Shown: positions 17,468 to 28,924, counted from the stretch's first letter. The stretch: 32,000 bases of DNA from Thermodesulfobacterium commune DSM 2178 (GCF_000734015.1 NZ_CP008796.1:180001-212000), one strand, 5' to 3'. The notes: generated from the sequence alone by a model not told the origin. Numbers and translations: made by a program.

Positions 17468-17893
17468 ATGATAAACATTGATTTTACTCTTTTTGTTCAA
17501 ATTGTTGAAGCTTTGATTATGACCTTTATTTTGTATTACATTTTGATTAAACCTGTGATGAATGCTATGCAACAGAGAGAACAACATTTTGCAAGCCTGG
17601 AAAAGGAGACACAAGCGCTTTTAAATTCAGCTTCCGAGATTATTAAAAAATATGAAGAAGAACTTGCTAAAGCCAGGGCAGAGGGAGCTCAGAAAAGAGA
17701 ACTTTTAAAAGAAGAAGCTCGTAAAATCGAAAAGGAGCTTCTTTCTAAGGTGTTGAAAGAAGTAGAAGAATATAAAGCTAGATGGTCTCAAGAATTTACC
17801 AATCAACTTGAGGCTATTAGAAAAGATTTGCAAGGCCGTATTGAGATGTTTGCAAGTTTGATTGTTGAAAGAGTTTTAGGGAGGAAGGTATGA
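17468..17893 (+). CDS. atpF2: F-type ATP synthase Fo subunit b'
   Basis: 141 aa, with a single N-terminal TM segment and then a long charged helix (KPVMNAMQQREQHF...). It is the first of two tandem b-type genes. Confidence 0.8.
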   Translation: MINIDFTLFVQIVEALIMTFILYYILIKPVMNAMQQREQHFASLEKETQALLNSASEIIKKYEEELAKARAEGAQKRELLKEEARKIEKELLSKVLKEVEEYKARWSQEFTNQLEAIRKDLQGRIEMFASLIVERVLGRKV

Positions 17894-18486
17894 TAAGGAT
17901 GAAAGAGATAGTTAGTTTTTTGTTGATCCTTTTGTTAGCTGGAGTTGAGTTGGTTTGGGCGGCTGGGGGAGGAGAAGGTGGTTCTCATGGTGTAACTCCT
18001 ACCCAGTTAAAAAATCTTTTTTGGTTTACCTTGAATTTTATAGCTTTGGTAGTCATTCTTTATAAGTTTGCTAGAAAGCCTGTAGTGAATATGTTTAAGT
18101 CTAGACAAGAGAATATATTGCGTCAGTATAATGAGCTTTTGGAAAAGAAAAGGGAAGCTGAGGCTAAATATTTAGAATTACAAGAAAAGGTTAAAAATCT
18201 TGAAAAAGAAGCGCAAGCTATCTATGAAAATTATGTAGCCCAGGGTCTTAAAGAAAAGGAAAGAATCATAGAGGAGGCCAATCTTCAGGCTGAAAGGATT
18301 AAGCAGCAGACAGAGCTTTATATTCAACAAGAGATAGAAAAGGCTAAAAACATGTTAAGAGAAGAGGTAGCCGAGGCTGCTGTTAAGTTAGCTGAAGATC
18401 TTTTAAGAAAAAGCATAACCGAAGAAGACCAGAAAAAGATTTATAAAGAATTTATAAACGAAATCAGAGGGAGGGTGGTTCATTGA
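17890..18486 (+). CDS. atpF: F-type ATP synthase Fo subunit b (with signal-like N-terminal extension)
   Basis: It has a TM segment plus a long charged helix (KPVVNMFKSRQENILRQYNE...). The N-terminal hydrophobic segment plus GGGEGGSHG linker resembles deltaproteobacterial-type b subunits. An ATGA overlap links it to b'. Confidence 0.8.
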   Translation: MIRMKEIVSFLLILLLAGVELVWAAGGGEGGSHGVTPTQLKNLFWFTLNFIALVVILYKFARKPVVNMFKSRQENILRQYNELLEKKREAEAKYLELQEKVKNLEKEAQAIYENYVAQGLKEKERIIEEANLQAERIKQQTELYIQQEIEKAKNMLREEVAEAAVKLAEDLLRKSITEEDQKKIYKEFINEIRGRVVH

Positions 18487-19031
18487 AAGGACTAGTTATA
18501 GCCTTAAAGTATGCTAAAGGTTTTTTTGCTGCAGCAAAAGAGTTAGGTAAAACCAAGGAGTTTGGCGAGCAACTCGGAAAGATTAAAGAGTTGCTCGAGT
18601 CCATGCCTGAAGTTTTACAAGCTTTACAAAGCCCTATCTACCCTCCTGATTTAAAGATGGAGGTGGTAGAGGAGCTTTTAAAGGCGCTTCAGGTTGAGCC
18701 TGAGGTGGAAAGGTTTTTGAGGTTGTTGGTTGAAAAAAGAAGGATCCAGTTGATAAGAGAGATCTTTGCTCTTTATCAAGAGTTGTTAGATGAAGAACTT
18801 GGTATAGCGAGAGGGGAAGTTTATACTGCATATCCTTTAACTGAAGAAGAGGTTAAGGAATTGCAGGAAGTTTTGAAGGATTTCCTGAAAAAAGAAGTGG
18901 TTTTAGAGCCTAAGCTGGATGAAAGTATTATAGGTGGGGTTAAGGTAAAGGTAGGAGATTTGGTTTTAGATAGCACCATTAAAACTCAGTTGGAAAAATT
19001 TAAAGAAATCATAAAAGGAGAGGTGCTGTGA
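18483..19031 (+). CDS. atpH: F-type ATP synthase subunit delta (OSCP)
   Basis: 182 aa in the position between b and alpha. The C-terminal [22 protein letters not shown] is the OSCP signature region. It has a TTG start overlapping the atpF stop. Confidence 0.85.
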   Translation: MKGLVIALKYAKGFFAAAKELGKTKEFGEQLGKIKELLESMPEVLQALQSPIYPPDLKMEVVEELLKALQVEPEVERFLRLLVEKRRIQLIREIFALYQELLDEELGIARGEVYTAYPLTEEEVKELQEVLKDFLKKEVVLEPKLDESIIGGVKVKVGDLVLDSTIKTQLEKFKEIIKGEVL

Positions 19032-20575
19032 TGCAGGGGATAAGGGTGGAGGAGATTAGTGATTTAATTAAAAAAAGAATTGAGGAGTACGAGAAAAAGA
19101 TAGACTTAAACGAGATGGGTGTAGTTATTTCGGTGGGTGACGGTGTTGCTCGTGTCTTTGGTTTAAGAAATTGTCAGGCTATGGAGCTTATTGAGTTTGT
19201 AGAAGCAGGGGAAATGGGAATTGCTCTTAACTTAGAGTTTGACAACGTTGGTATTCCTATTATGGGTGATGCTACTAAGATTAAGGAAGGACAGACTGTA
19301 AAAAGAACGGGCAGAATTGCAGAGGTTCCGGTTGGGGAGGCGGTTATCGGAAGGGTGATAGACCCCTTAGGAAGACCACTTGATGGAAAGGGTCCTATAC
19401 AAGCCAAAGAATTTAGAAGGATAGAGGTTAAAGCTCCAGGTATCATCAAGAGGAAACCAGTGCATGAACCCATGTATACCGGTATCAAAGCTATTGATGC
19501 TATGACCCCTGTTGGAAGGGGACAGAGAGAGCTTATCATCGGTGACAGACAAACAGGAAAAACGGCGATTGCTATAGATGCTATTTTAGCTCAAAAAGAT
19601 TCGGATATTTATTGTATATATGTGGCTATAGGACAGAAAAAATCCAACATAGCTCAGATTATAGAAATCTTACGTAGATATGGGGCTATGGAATACACCA
19701 CCGTGGTGGTAGCTTCTGCTTCTGATCCAGCTACTTTACAATACATTGCTCCTTATGCTGGTTGTGCCATCGGTGAATACTTCAGAGATACAGGTAGACA
19801 TGCTTTAATCATATATGATGACCTTTCTAAGCAGGCTAATGCTTATCGTGAGGTCTCACTCCTTTTAAGAAGACCACCTGGACGTGAGGCTTATCCTGGT
19901 GACATCTTTTATAACCATTCCAGACTCTTAGAAAGAGCTGCTAAACTGAATGAGAACTATGGTGCAGGTTCTTTAACAGCCTTACCTATTATCGAAACCT
20001 TGCAAGGAGACGTTTCTGCCTATATTCCTACCAATGTTATTTCTATTACTGACGGACAAATCTATTTAGAACCTGGTTTGTTCTTTGCTGGTATTCGTCC
20101 GGCCATTAACGTAGGTCTTTCGGTTTCTCGAGTAGGTGGTGCTGCTCAAATTAAGGCTATGAAACAAGTTGCAGGAAGGCTAAGACTTGAGCTTGCTCAG
20201 TATAGAGAGTTGGCGGCTTTTGCTCAGTTTGGTTCAGAGCTTGATAAGGCTACTCAAAGGATTCTTCACAGAGGTGCCCGGTTGGTAGAGATTCTTAAAC
20301 AACCTCAATATCAACCTCTTCCAGTAGAAAAACAGGTATGCATTCTTTTTGCTGGAACGAGGGGATTTTTAGATGAAATGCCTTTAGATGTTTTAGGACA
20401 GTACGAAAAAGAGCTGTATGAGTTTATTGAAAGTAAATACCCAGAAATTTATAAAGAAATAAGAGAGAAAAAAGAGATCTCTCCAGAGTTAGAACAAAAG
20501 ATGATGCAAGTTTTTAAAGAGTTTAATGAATTGTTTAAGAAAAACAACAACATCGAGCCTGTTCCTATTCCATAA
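19031..20575 (+). CDS. atpA: F-type ATP synthase subunit alpha
   Basis: The Walker A motif is GDRQTGKTA. Other conserved alpha motifs are present ([24 protein letters not shown]). The ATG at 19031 overlaps the atpH TGA (TGATG). The ORF track's GVG at 19028 is one codon upstream. Confidence 0.95.
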   Translation: MQGIRVEEISDLIKKRIEEYEKKIDLNEMGVVISVGDGVARVFGLRNCQAMELIEFVEAGEMGIALNLEFDNVGIPIMGDATKIKEGQTVKRTGRIAEVPVGEAVIGRVIDPLGRPLDGKGPIQAKEFRRIEVKAPGIIKRKPVHEPMYTGIKAIDAMTPVGRGQRELIIGDRQTGKTAIAIDAILAQKDSDIYCIYVAIGQKKSNIAQIIEILRRYGAMEYTTVVVASASDPATLQYIAPYAGCAIGEYFRDTGRHALIIYDDLSKQANAYREVSLLLRRPPGREAYPGDIFYNHSRLLERAAKLNENYGAGSLTALPIIETLQGDVSAYIPTNVISITDGQIYLEPGLFFAGIRPAINVGLSVSRVGGAAQIKAMKQVAGRLRLELAQYRELAAFAQFGSELDKATQRILHRGARLVEILKQPQYQPLPVEKQVCILFAGTRGFLDEMPLDVLGQYEKELYEFIESKYPEIYKEIREKKEISPELEQKMMQVFKEFNELFKKNNNIEPVPIP

Positions 20576-20616
20576 GGATGGAGGGTTTAGCTGGTTGATA
20601 GATAAAGGGGGTAAAT

Positions 20617-21498
20617 ATGCCTAACTTAAGGGATATAAGAAAGAAGATAGATGCGGTAAAGAAGATAGGGCAGATCACCAAAGCTATGAACATGGTGGCT
20701 TCTGCTAAGCTTCGTTCTATCCAAAGAAGACTTGAGGGTTTTCGTCCCTATAAAAACAAATTTGAAGAAGTAATAACTAACCTTATAAGCTCTGGTGGTA
20801 TTAACCCCCAGAAAATAGAACTGCTTCAGGTAAGAGAGGTAAAAAAGGTTGGTATTATTTTAGTTACTGCCGATAGAGGGCTTTGTGGTGCGTTTAACTC
20901 TATGTTGATAAAAGAAACTGAAAAGATGTTAGCCAAATTTAAAAAAGAAGGTAAAGAAGTAGAGTTAATCTGTGTAGGTAAGAAAGGTGCAAATTATTTT
21001 GCCAAAAGGGCACCTATCAAAGAAGCTTATACAGATGTGATGGGTAAAGTGCTTATTCAAGATGCAAGAAAGATAGCTCGTTCGGCTATGAGAGCATTTT
21101 TAAATGGTGAGTGGGACGAAGTTTATGTTGTATATGGTTACTTTGTGAACCTTATAAAACAAATTCCTAAAGTAGAAAAGCTTTTACCTTTAAGTTTTGA
21201 ACCAAAAGAAGCTGAAGAAAAGCCTAAGGTTAGCTATTCTTATATTTATGAACCAGAAGAAGAAGAACTTTTGCCCGAGATTTTGCCTCTTTATGTAAAC
21301 ACGGTAGTTTTTGCGGCTATGCTTGAGACGGCAGTCAGTGAACAAGCAGCTCGTATGACAGCTATGGACAATGCTAACAGGGCTTGTGGGGATATGGTAA
21401 GGCAATTAACCTTGCTTTTCAACAAAACCAGACAAGCTTCTATTACTAAAGAGTTGATGGACATAGTTGGTGGTGCTGAAGCTATCAAAAAAGGTTAA
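20617..21498 (+). CDS. atpG: F-type ATP synthase subunit gamma
   Basis: N-terminal IRKKIDAVKKIGQITKAMNMVASAKL and C-terminal AARMTAMDNA...ITKELMDIVGGAEA are gamma signatures. Confidence 0.95.
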   Translation: MPNLRDIRKKIDAVKKIGQITKAMNMVASAKLRSIQRRLEGFRPYKNKFEEVITNLISSGGINPQKIELLQVREVKKVGIILVTADRGLCGAFNSMLIKETEKMLAKFKKEGKEVELICVGKKGANYFAKRAPIKEAYTDVMGKVLIQDARKIARSAMRAFLNGEWDEVYVVYGYFVNLIKQIPKVEKLLPLSFEPKEAEEKPKVSYSYIYEPEEEELLPEILPLYVNTVVFAAMLETAVSEQAARMTAMDNANRACGDMVRQLTLLFNKTRQASITKELMDIVGGAEAIKKG

Positions 21499-21526
21499 CA
21501 AATATTAAAAGCTTTTAGGGGGTTAA

Positions 21527-22948
<1,422 letters not shown>

Positions 22949-22959
22949 CGGAGGGATAA

Positions 22960-23388
22960 ATGGCTAAGATTTTACTTGAAATAATAACCCCAGATAGAGT
23001 GGTGGTAAGCGAAGAAGTAGACATTGTTACCGCTCCAGGGGTAGTTGGAGAGTTTGGAGTTTTAGCTAACCATGCCCCTATGATAGCGGCGGTGAAGATA
23101 GGTCCTCTTCGTTATCGTGTAGGAGATAGAGAAGAATGGGTGGCTATAAGCGGAGGTTTTTGTGAGGTATTTAATAACAAGATAACCTTTTTAGTAGAAT
23201 CAGCCGAAAGAGCTTACGAAATAGACGTAGAAAGGGCGTTAAGAGCTAAAGAAAGAGCAGAAAAAAGGATTCAACAATATATGGCTCAGGCGGAGAAAAT
23301 TGATTATGCCAGGGCAAGAGCTGCTCTTCAAAGAGCTTTGACCAGACTTTTGGTAGCAGAAAAAGGAAAAACAGGCGTTCCTCGATAA
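22960..23388 (+). CDS. atpC: F-type ATP synthase subunit epsilon
   Basis: 142 aa. The beta-sandwich N-terminal region (LEIITPDRVVVSEEVDIVTAPGVVGEFGVLANHAP) is followed by a C-terminal helical hairpin. Confidence 0.9.
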   Translation: MAKILLEIITPDRVVVSEEVDIVTAPGVVGEFGVLANHAPMIAAVKIGPLRYRVGDREEWVAISGGFCEVFNNKITFLVESAERAYEIDVERALRAKERAEKRIQQYMAQAEKIDYARARAALQRALTRLLVAEKGKTGVPR

Positions 23389-23409
23389 AAATTTAGACAA
23401 CTCTATCAA

Positions 23410-23445
23410 TTGAGGCCCCTGAAAACGGTAGGGGCCTCAATTTTT
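23410..23445 (+). terminator. Rho-independent terminator after atpC
   Basis: A perfect 11-bp GC-rich stem pairs TTGAGGCCCCT (23410-23420) with AGGGGCCTCAA (23430-23440) around a 9-nt loop. TTTTT follows at 23441-23445. Confidence 0.9.
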
Positions 23446-23450
23446 AAAAA

Positions 23451-24011
23451 TTGCAAAAGTCAACATTTCGTGAATTAATTCGCTCTCTTAGAAAGTCTTA
23501 TACTAGAGAATGTTTACAAAGGTTAAGTCTTATTATTTGCAAACACATAGAAAAATTATCTTTTTATCAAAAAACTCAAAAAATTGTTTACTACTATCCA
23601 AAAGACGGTGAAGTGTCTCTTCTTTATTTGATAGGAAAAGGTTTTTTAGAAAAAAAGGTCTATTTACCTAAAACCTGGGTTCAACAAAAAAAACTAACCT
23701 TTCATCAAGTTTACAGTTTTTCTGATTTAAGACCAGGACCCTTTGGTTTGTTAGAACCACCGGTTGAACATCCTAAAATAGAATGGGAAGAGATAGAATT
23801 GATCTTTGTTCCTGGTTTAGCCTTTGATTTGAAAGGAGGTAGGATAGGTTATGGAGGAGGTTTTTATGACCGGGTTTTGTTTCAAGTAAAAGGTAAAAAA
23901 ATAGGGGTTGCTTTTTCCTTTCAAGTTTTCAACAAACTTCCTTTAGAACCTCATGATTGTAAGGTAGATTTTTTGGTTACTGAAAAGGGGGTTTTGGTAT
24001 GCAGTCCTTAA
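23451..24011 (+). CDS. 5-formyltetrahydrofolate cyclo-ligase
   Basis: It has the GYGGGFYDR motif and the LIFVPGLAFDLKGGRIGYG region. 186 aa. The only early start is the TTG at 23451, 6 nt after the terminator T-tract, with no visible SD. Confidence 0.8.
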   Translation: MQKSTFRELIRSLRKSYTRECLQRLSLIICKHIEKLSFYQKTQKIVYYYPKDGEVSLLYLIGKGFLEKKVYLPKTWVQQKKLTFHQVYSFSDLRPGPFGLLEPPVEHPKIEWEEIELIFVPGLAFDLKGGRIGYGGGFYDRVLFQVKGKKIGVAFSFQVFNKLPLEPHDCKVDFLVTEKGVLVCSP

Positions 24012-24706
24012 AAGAGGTTTTAAAGAGAAATTATGCAATTTTGCTAGACAACCTACAAAAAGCTTGCTTAAAAGCTGGTAGGTCAATGGATTCAATTCGA
24101 GTTCTAGGTGCCTCTAAAGGTCAAAGTCCAGAGAAAATAAAGATTGCTTATGAACTTGGTATAAAACTTTTTGGAGAAAACTATGTACAGGAAGGGGAGA
24201 AAAAGATCAAAGAACTTTCTTTCTTAAATATAGAATGGCATTTTATAGGAAGGCTTCAAACTAACAAAGTAAAAAAAGCTTTAAACCTTTTTTCGGTTTT
24301 ACAGACCTTAGATCGTTATGACTTGGCTAAAGAAATACAAAAACAGGCTGAGAAATTAAACAAATCAGTCCCAGTGCTTATAGAAATAAATATAGGGGAG
24401 GAACCAACCAAAGCAGGGATAACCAAAGGTGAGATAGAGGATTTTTTAGAAAAAATAAGTAATTTTAACAGAATTAAAATAATAGGTCTTATGTGTTTAC
24501 CTCCTTATAAAGAAAATCCCGAAGAAGTGAGGCCTTATTTTGTAGAAATGAGAAAACTTTTTGAAAGGTTGAAACCTTATTTAGGAAGTGAATTTAGAGA
24601 GCTTTCTATGGGAACCAGTCATGACTATACCGTAGCTGTAGAAGAAGGAGCTACTATCATTAGAATAGGAGAAGCTCTTTTTGGTAAAAGAGAGCGTAAC
24701 CCCTAA
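23999..24706 (+). CDS. yggS: YggS-family PLP homeostasis protein (UPF0001)
   Basis: Family motifs are FGENYVQE, WHFIGRLQTNKVK, LSMGTSHDY and IRIGEALFG. 235 aa. Confidence 0.9.
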   Translation: MQSLKEVLKRNYAILLDNLQKACLKAGRSMDSIRVLGASKGQSPEKIKIAYELGIKLFGENYVQEGEKKIKELSFLNIEWHFIGRLQTNKVKKALNLFSVLQTLDRYDLAKEIQKQAEKLNKSVPVLIEINIGEEPTKAGITKGEIEDFLEKISNFNRIKIIGLMCLPPYKENPEEVRPYFVEMRKLFERLKPYLGSEFRELSMGTSHDYTVAVEEGATIIRIGEALFGKRERNP

Positions 24707-27119
24707 GAAAACCTTTTTCCCTGAAAAGAATTCTAAGCTTTTCTTGTTGGCATCAGGATTTTCTTTAGGTCTTTTTTTAGGTTTTTTAGGGATTCCCTGG
24801 TGGCTACCTTCTTTAGGTTTGATGCTTTTTTTGGGTTTTTGTTGTTTTTTGTCTAAAGAAAAGAGGTCGTTTAATCTTCTCTTATTCAGTTTTATTCTTA
24901 TTGGTTCGTTAATTTTTAGCAAAAATTATTGGGAATCTCGTTTAACTTTAAAAGAAGGCAAAGAGTTTAAAAGTTATGTAAGTATAGAAAAGGTGGAACC
25001 CTATTTTGGAGGTTATTTTGTCGAAGCCTATGATAAAGAAAGAGGAAGGGTTGTGTTTAAAACCGATAGTTTATATTTTATTCCTGGTCAAGAGTGTCTT
25101 TTTTGGTTCAAACCTAAAAATATACAGGAGTATTCCCTTCCATTCTTTTTTCAGAAGGAATTAAGATTAAAAGCCAAGGGATACAAAGAGGAAGTATTTT
25201 TTATAAAAGAAAAAGGTTGGGTATGTAGGGATCCTAAGGGTTTTCAAGTAGAGGCTTTAAGGTTTAAACTTTTTCAGTTTTCAGAAAGACTTGACCAAGA
25301 GGCCAAAGGTCTTTTTCAAGCTTTGGTTTTAGGAGTAGAAACTAACCTTCCAGAGGAAGTTAAAGAAAGATTAAAAGATCAAGGACTTTACCATCTTTTA
25401 GCTATCTCAGGTTTTAATTTAGCTGTGATGTTTTGGTTATTTTACTGTTTTAGCTTTTGGTTGCTTGGTTTTACTCCTGCGGTAAAATGGGGATATCCTT
25501 TACAAAATTTAGCTTATATAACAGCCCTTCCAGCAGCCTTTTCTATTCTTGTCTTTTCTGGTTTTTGCCCTTCAGCCTATAGAGCTTTTTTATTTCTTTC
25601 TGTTTACGTATTTTCTCGATTGTTTTTTCGAAGAACCTCAGGTTTAATCATCCTATTTATTACCGTAGGAGTTCTTCTTATTTTACAACCTTACTTGATA
25701 GGTAACTTTTCGTTTTTACTTTCTTTTATGGCTACTTTAGGCTTGATTTTAGGTGATAGGTTTTATAGGTTTTATTTTTTTGACTTTTTAAATAGAGTCT
25801 TATTCTCTGATAGGTGGTACCATCAGTTTTTAAACTGGATAATTTATTCTTCTTGGATTTCTGTGGTAGTAAGTATATTACTTATGCCTTTTATCTTTGC
25901 CATAAACGGAAAATTTCCTGTATGGACGGTTTTTAACAATCTATTAGCAGGTGTTTTTTGGAGTTTTATTTTTATCCCTGGATGCATCTTAGTAGCTTTT
26001 ATTTCTTTTATTTTACCAGACATAGCCTTAGGTTTAGGTAATTTTATAGGAAAAATTTTTTGTTTATATAACTACTTACCTTTTTGGGAAGGCTATCTCA
26101 ATATAAACTTACCTTTAAACCTTTTTTGTTGGTTATGGTTAAGCTTTATTATTTTTATAGGTATTGTCTGGTATTTTGGTTCTAAAAAGGTTTCTCTGAT
26201 TTGTTTGTTAAGTTTTTCATTATTTGTGATAGTTGTTGATATTCTGTACAAAAGAGCAAGTTACTTTCTTGTTTTAGATGTAGGAAGAGCAAATGCCATG
26301 GTTTTTAAGTCTAAAGATAAGCATATCATGATAGATACAGGGCCCAATTTTGATACTAACTCTTCAGCGAGTGAAGGGTTTAATTGGACGAAGTTTTATT
26401 TAGAGCCTACTTTAAGAAAACTTGGGATTTCAAGAATAGAACTGTTAATAATCTCTCATCCTGACCTTGACCACAGCGGAGGGTTTAACACCCTGAAAAA
26501 AAATTTTTTGATAAAAAGAGAAGTTACTGGAAAGTTTAACTCACAAGACTGGGAAAAGGTAAATCTACTTTATCCTTTAGAAGAGATTTCTTCTCCTCAG
26601 AGTTTAAAAATAGGAGAGACAGAAGTTTTTCTTTTCCCTGGAGCTGAATCTTACGAAGATCTTAACCGAGAAAGTGTGGTTGTAGTTTTAGAACACGGAG
26701 GTTTGACCATTTTTTGCCCTGGCGATATAGACGTAGAGCGGTTTTATAGGTTAAAAGAAGAGGGTAGGGTTTTTCCAGCTGAGGTGCTGATTTCTCCTCA
26801 TCATGGTTCAAAAAAGGGGATAAATCAGGAGGTTTTAAGTTGGCTAAAACCTAAAGTGGTTTTAACGTCAGGTAGAGGACCTTATCATCCACACCCAGAA
26901 GTTAAATTATTACTTGAAACACAAGGTATTCCTCATTTTTCTACTGCGGAAGAAGGAACTCTTTATGTTTTTCCAAAAGATGATTATTTTATATTATGTT
27001 TAGAAAAAACAAGAAGAACAAATTTTGAGGTTAAGATGTTTTTCCCTCTAATTCCGTACTATATAAGTCATGATTCTTGTAAAACCTTTAGTTATCATAG
27101 ATATGGGGAATTAAACTAA
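24681..27119 (+). CDS. comEC: ComEC/Rec2 DNA internalisation channel protein (OB/DUF4131 + competence + MBL domains)
   Basis: The competence-domain motif is GLYHLLAISGFNLAV, set in many TM segments. The C-terminal MBL domain has ISHPDLDHSGG and SPHHGSKKG. The start is uncertain: the TTG at 24681 overlaps yggS by 26 nt. Confidence 0.85.
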   Translation: MVKESVTPKKTFFPEKNSKLFLLASGFSLGLFLGFLGIPWWLPSLGLMLFLGFCCFLSKEKRSFNLLLFSFILIGSLIFSKNYWESRLTLKEGKEFKSYVSIEKVEPYFGGYFVEAYDKERGRVVFKTDSLYFIPGQECLFWFKPKNIQEYSLPFFFQKELRLKAKGYKEEVFFIKEKGWVCRDPKGFQVEALRFKLFQFSERLDQEAKGLFQALVLGVETNLPEEVKERLKDQGLYHLLAISGFNLAVMFWLFYCFSFWLLGFTPAVKWGYPLQNLAYITALPAAFSILVFSGFCPSAYRAFLFLSVYVFSRLFFRRTSGLIILFITVGVLLILQPYLIGNFSFLLSFMATLGLILGDRFYRFYFFDFLNRVLFSDRWYHQFLNWIIYSSWISVVVSILLMPFIFAINGKFPVWTVFNNLLAGVFWSFIFIPGCILVAFISFILPDIALGLGNFIGKIFCLYNYLPFWEGYLNINLPLNLFCWLWLSFIIFIGIVWYFGSKKVSLICLLSFSLFVIVVDILYKRASYFLVLDVGRANAMVFKSKDKHIMIDTGPNFDTNSSASEGFNWTKFYLEPTLRKLGISRIELLIISHPDLDHSGGFNTLKKNFLIKREVTGKFNSQDWEKVNLLYPLEEISSPQSLKIGETEVFLFPGAESYEDLNRESVVVVLEHGGLTIFCPGDIDVERFYRLKEEGRVFPAEVLISPHHGSKKGINQEVLSWLKPKVVLTSGRGPYHPHPEVKLLLETQGIPHFSTAEEGTLYVFPKDDYFILCLEKTRRTNFEVKMFFPLIPYYISHDSCKTFSYHRYGELN

Positions 27120-27136
27120 AACTTCAGGAGAAGGTT

Positions 27137-27577
27137 ATGGTATCTAAAAGTTACGAAACTTTTGAACATGGAGCAGACATAGGGATAAGAGGTTATGGAA
27201 AGACCTTAGAAGAGGCTTTTTCTAATTTGATAAAGGCCCTTTTTAGCTTGATTGGAGAAGAAGTAGACTTTAATAAAGTAGCAGCTGATCAAAGGGTAGG
27301 GATAGAGGTAGAGGCAGATTTTTTAGAGGAACTGGTGGTGATTTTTATCAATAAAGTGTTAAGTTTGTTTGCTTTAGAAAATATCTTTTTTAAAGAATTT
27401 AAAGGTAAAATATGGGAAAGTGATCAGAGAGTAAGGTTAGAGGGGACGTTATTAGGAGAAAAATATTCTCCAGAAAAGTTTGGGTATGGGGTTGAGGTAA
27501 AAGGAGCTACTTTTACTTTAGCTAAGGTAGAGAAAAATGGTGATCTTTGGGTAGCTCAATGTGTGGTAGATGTATGA
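27137..27577 (+). CDS. Archease
   Basis: N-terminal FEHGADIGIRGYGKTLEEAF matches the archease FEHTADxG signature. 146 aa. The RBS is AGGAGAAGG. Confidence 0.8.
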   Translation: MVSKSYETFEHGADIGIRGYGKTLEEAFSNLIKALFSLIGEEVDFNKVAADQRVGIEVEADFLEELVVIFINKVLSLFALENIFFKEFKGKIWESDQRVRLEGTLLGEKYSPEKFGYGVEVKGATFTLAKVEKNGDLWVAQCVVDV

Positions 27578-27610
27578 ATCTTGATAAAAATTTAGTTAAA
27601 GGGATGATGT

Positions 27611-28924
27611 ATGGCTAAAATACTTATTGTAGGAAGACCTAATGTAGGTAAATCTACGCTTTTTAATACTCTTATCGGGGAAAAAAAGGCTATAGTTGAA
27701 CGAACCCCTGGTGTTACCCGAGACTTGGTAGAAGGATATCTTGAGTTAAAAGAAGGAAAAGGAGTAAAATTAATTGATACAGGGGGTATAGAATGGGGGG
27801 GGAAGGAGTTTTTTAGTGAAGTTATCAAAAAGTTGGTAGACCAGGCTTTGGAAGAAGCAGATTTAGTTCTTTTTGTTGTGGATGCTAAACAGGGATTGAC
27901 TGAAGGAGACAAGGTTATCGCGGAATATTTGAGAAAAAAAGATAAAAAGATTTTGTTAGTAATAAACAAAGTAGAAGCCAAGGAAGATCAAGAGAGGGTT
28001 TTTGAATTTTATTCTTTAGGTTTTCCAGAGATTATTTCTATTTCTGCTAAAAACAAAAAAAATATTACTGAATTAAAAAATTTAATAGAAAGGCAGTTAG
28101 AAGGATCTATAGAAGAAATACCTCAAGAAGAGCCAATAAAGATAGCGATTCTTGGAAGACCAAATGTAGGGAAAAGTACGCTTATCAACCGTTTGGTAGG
28201 ATATGAAAGGGTAATTGTATCTGAAATTCCTGGGACTACGAGAGATTGTGTAGATGTAAGGTTAAGTTTACCTACTGGAGAAAGTGTTTTGTTGATAGAC
28301 ACTCCAGGAATAAGAAGGAGAACCAGATTAGAAGAGAGAGTAGAAAAATTTGCTGTAGATAAGGCTTTACATACTATCGAAAAAGTAGATGTGGTACTTA
28401 TGATGATTACTGCAGAGGAAGGAATAACCAACCAAGACCAGCGTTTGTTAAGACAGGTATATAAGCATCACAAAGCGTGTATCCTTTTAGTAAATAAATG
28501 GGACCTTTTTGATAAAAAGAGAGAGGCTGGAAATCTGGTTTTAGAAAATATAAAATATGGAGTAAGGTTTATGCCTTGGCTTCCTATTCTTACCATTTCA
28601 GCCAAAACCGGAAGAAGAGTAAAGGAAATTTGGAGTGTTTTAAAGGAGGTAATGGAACAATATAGTTTAAGGGTAAACACTGCTCAGGTGAATAAACTTT
28701 TGGAATACCTAAAGGAGAATCATAATTTTTCGATAAAAGGGAAAAAGCTTAAATTTTATTATGCTACTCAAACAGACATCAAGCCTCCTACCTTTGTAGT
28801 TTTTATCAATTTTGACCCAGAAGAGGTGCCTAAAAGCATAGAAAAGTTTATCAGAAACAGTTTTCAAAAACATCTGAACTTTGATAAAGTTCCTATTAAA
28901 GTGGTTTTTAGGCTAAGGAGTTGA
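27611..28924 (+). CDS. der: Ribosome-associated GTPase Der (EngA), two tandem G domains + KH-like C-terminus
   Basis: There are two P-loops (GRPNVGKST twice). DTGG/DTPG and NKVE/NKWD motifs occur in each half. 437 aa. Confidence 0.95.
   Translation: MAKILIVGRPNVGKSTLFNTLIGEKKAIVERTPGVTRDLVEGYLELKEGKGVKLIDTGGIEWGGKEFFSEVIKKLVDQALEEADLVLFVVDAKQGLTEGDKVIAEYLRKKDKKILLVINKVEAKEDQERVFEFYSLGFPEIISISAKNKKNITELKNLIERQLEGSIEEIPQEEPIKIAILGRPNVGKSTLINRLVGYERVIVSEIPGTTRDCVDVRLSLPTGESVLLIDTPGIRRRTRLEERVEKFAVDKALHTIEKVDVVLMMITAEEGITNQDQRLLRQVYKHHKACILLVNKWDLFDKKREAGNLVLENIKYGVRFMPWLPILTISAKTGRRVKEIWSVLKEVMEQYSLRVNTAQVNKLLEYLKENHNFSIKGKKLKFYYATQTDIKPPTFVVFINFDPEEVPKSIEKFIRNSFQKHLNFDKVPIKVVFRLRS

Noticed and set aside
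19174-19539. 121-aa ORF, and a 61-aa ORF at 19367-19552, antisense to atpA
   Set aside because: They lie entirely inside a highly conserved CDS on the opposite strand. The sequences are low-complexity and S/P/I/L-rich with no motifs. This is a typical shadow ORF.
20578-20590. ATGGAGGGTTTAG after atpA is identical to the 13-mer at 11382-11394 that starts the 72-aa ORF
   Set aside because: Several non-adjacent 13-mer matches are expected by chance in 32 kb (about 7-8 pairs under uniform composition). Here it would open only a 6-codon ORF. It is not linked to the tandem duplication.
24581-24922. 113-aa lysine/proline-rich ORF on the - strand overlapping the yggS end and the comEC start
   Set aside because: Its K/P richness is the complement of the F/L/G-rich TM coding sequence of ComEC. 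There is no start context, so it is judged spurious.
27795-27802. G8 homopolymer inside der, and C7A6 at 16659-16671 inside rodA, considered as slipped-strand phase-variation tracts
   Set aside because: Both lie in intact, probably essential genes and encode sensible residues (WGG and PPKK). Phase variation of such genes is implausible. They are noted only as likely sequencing-error or indel hot spots.
27592-27981. 129-aa - strand ORF overlapping the der start, with similar ORFs at 28123-28431 and 28468-28680
   Set aside because: They are antisense to der, which has unmistakable twin P-loops. They are shadow ORFs.
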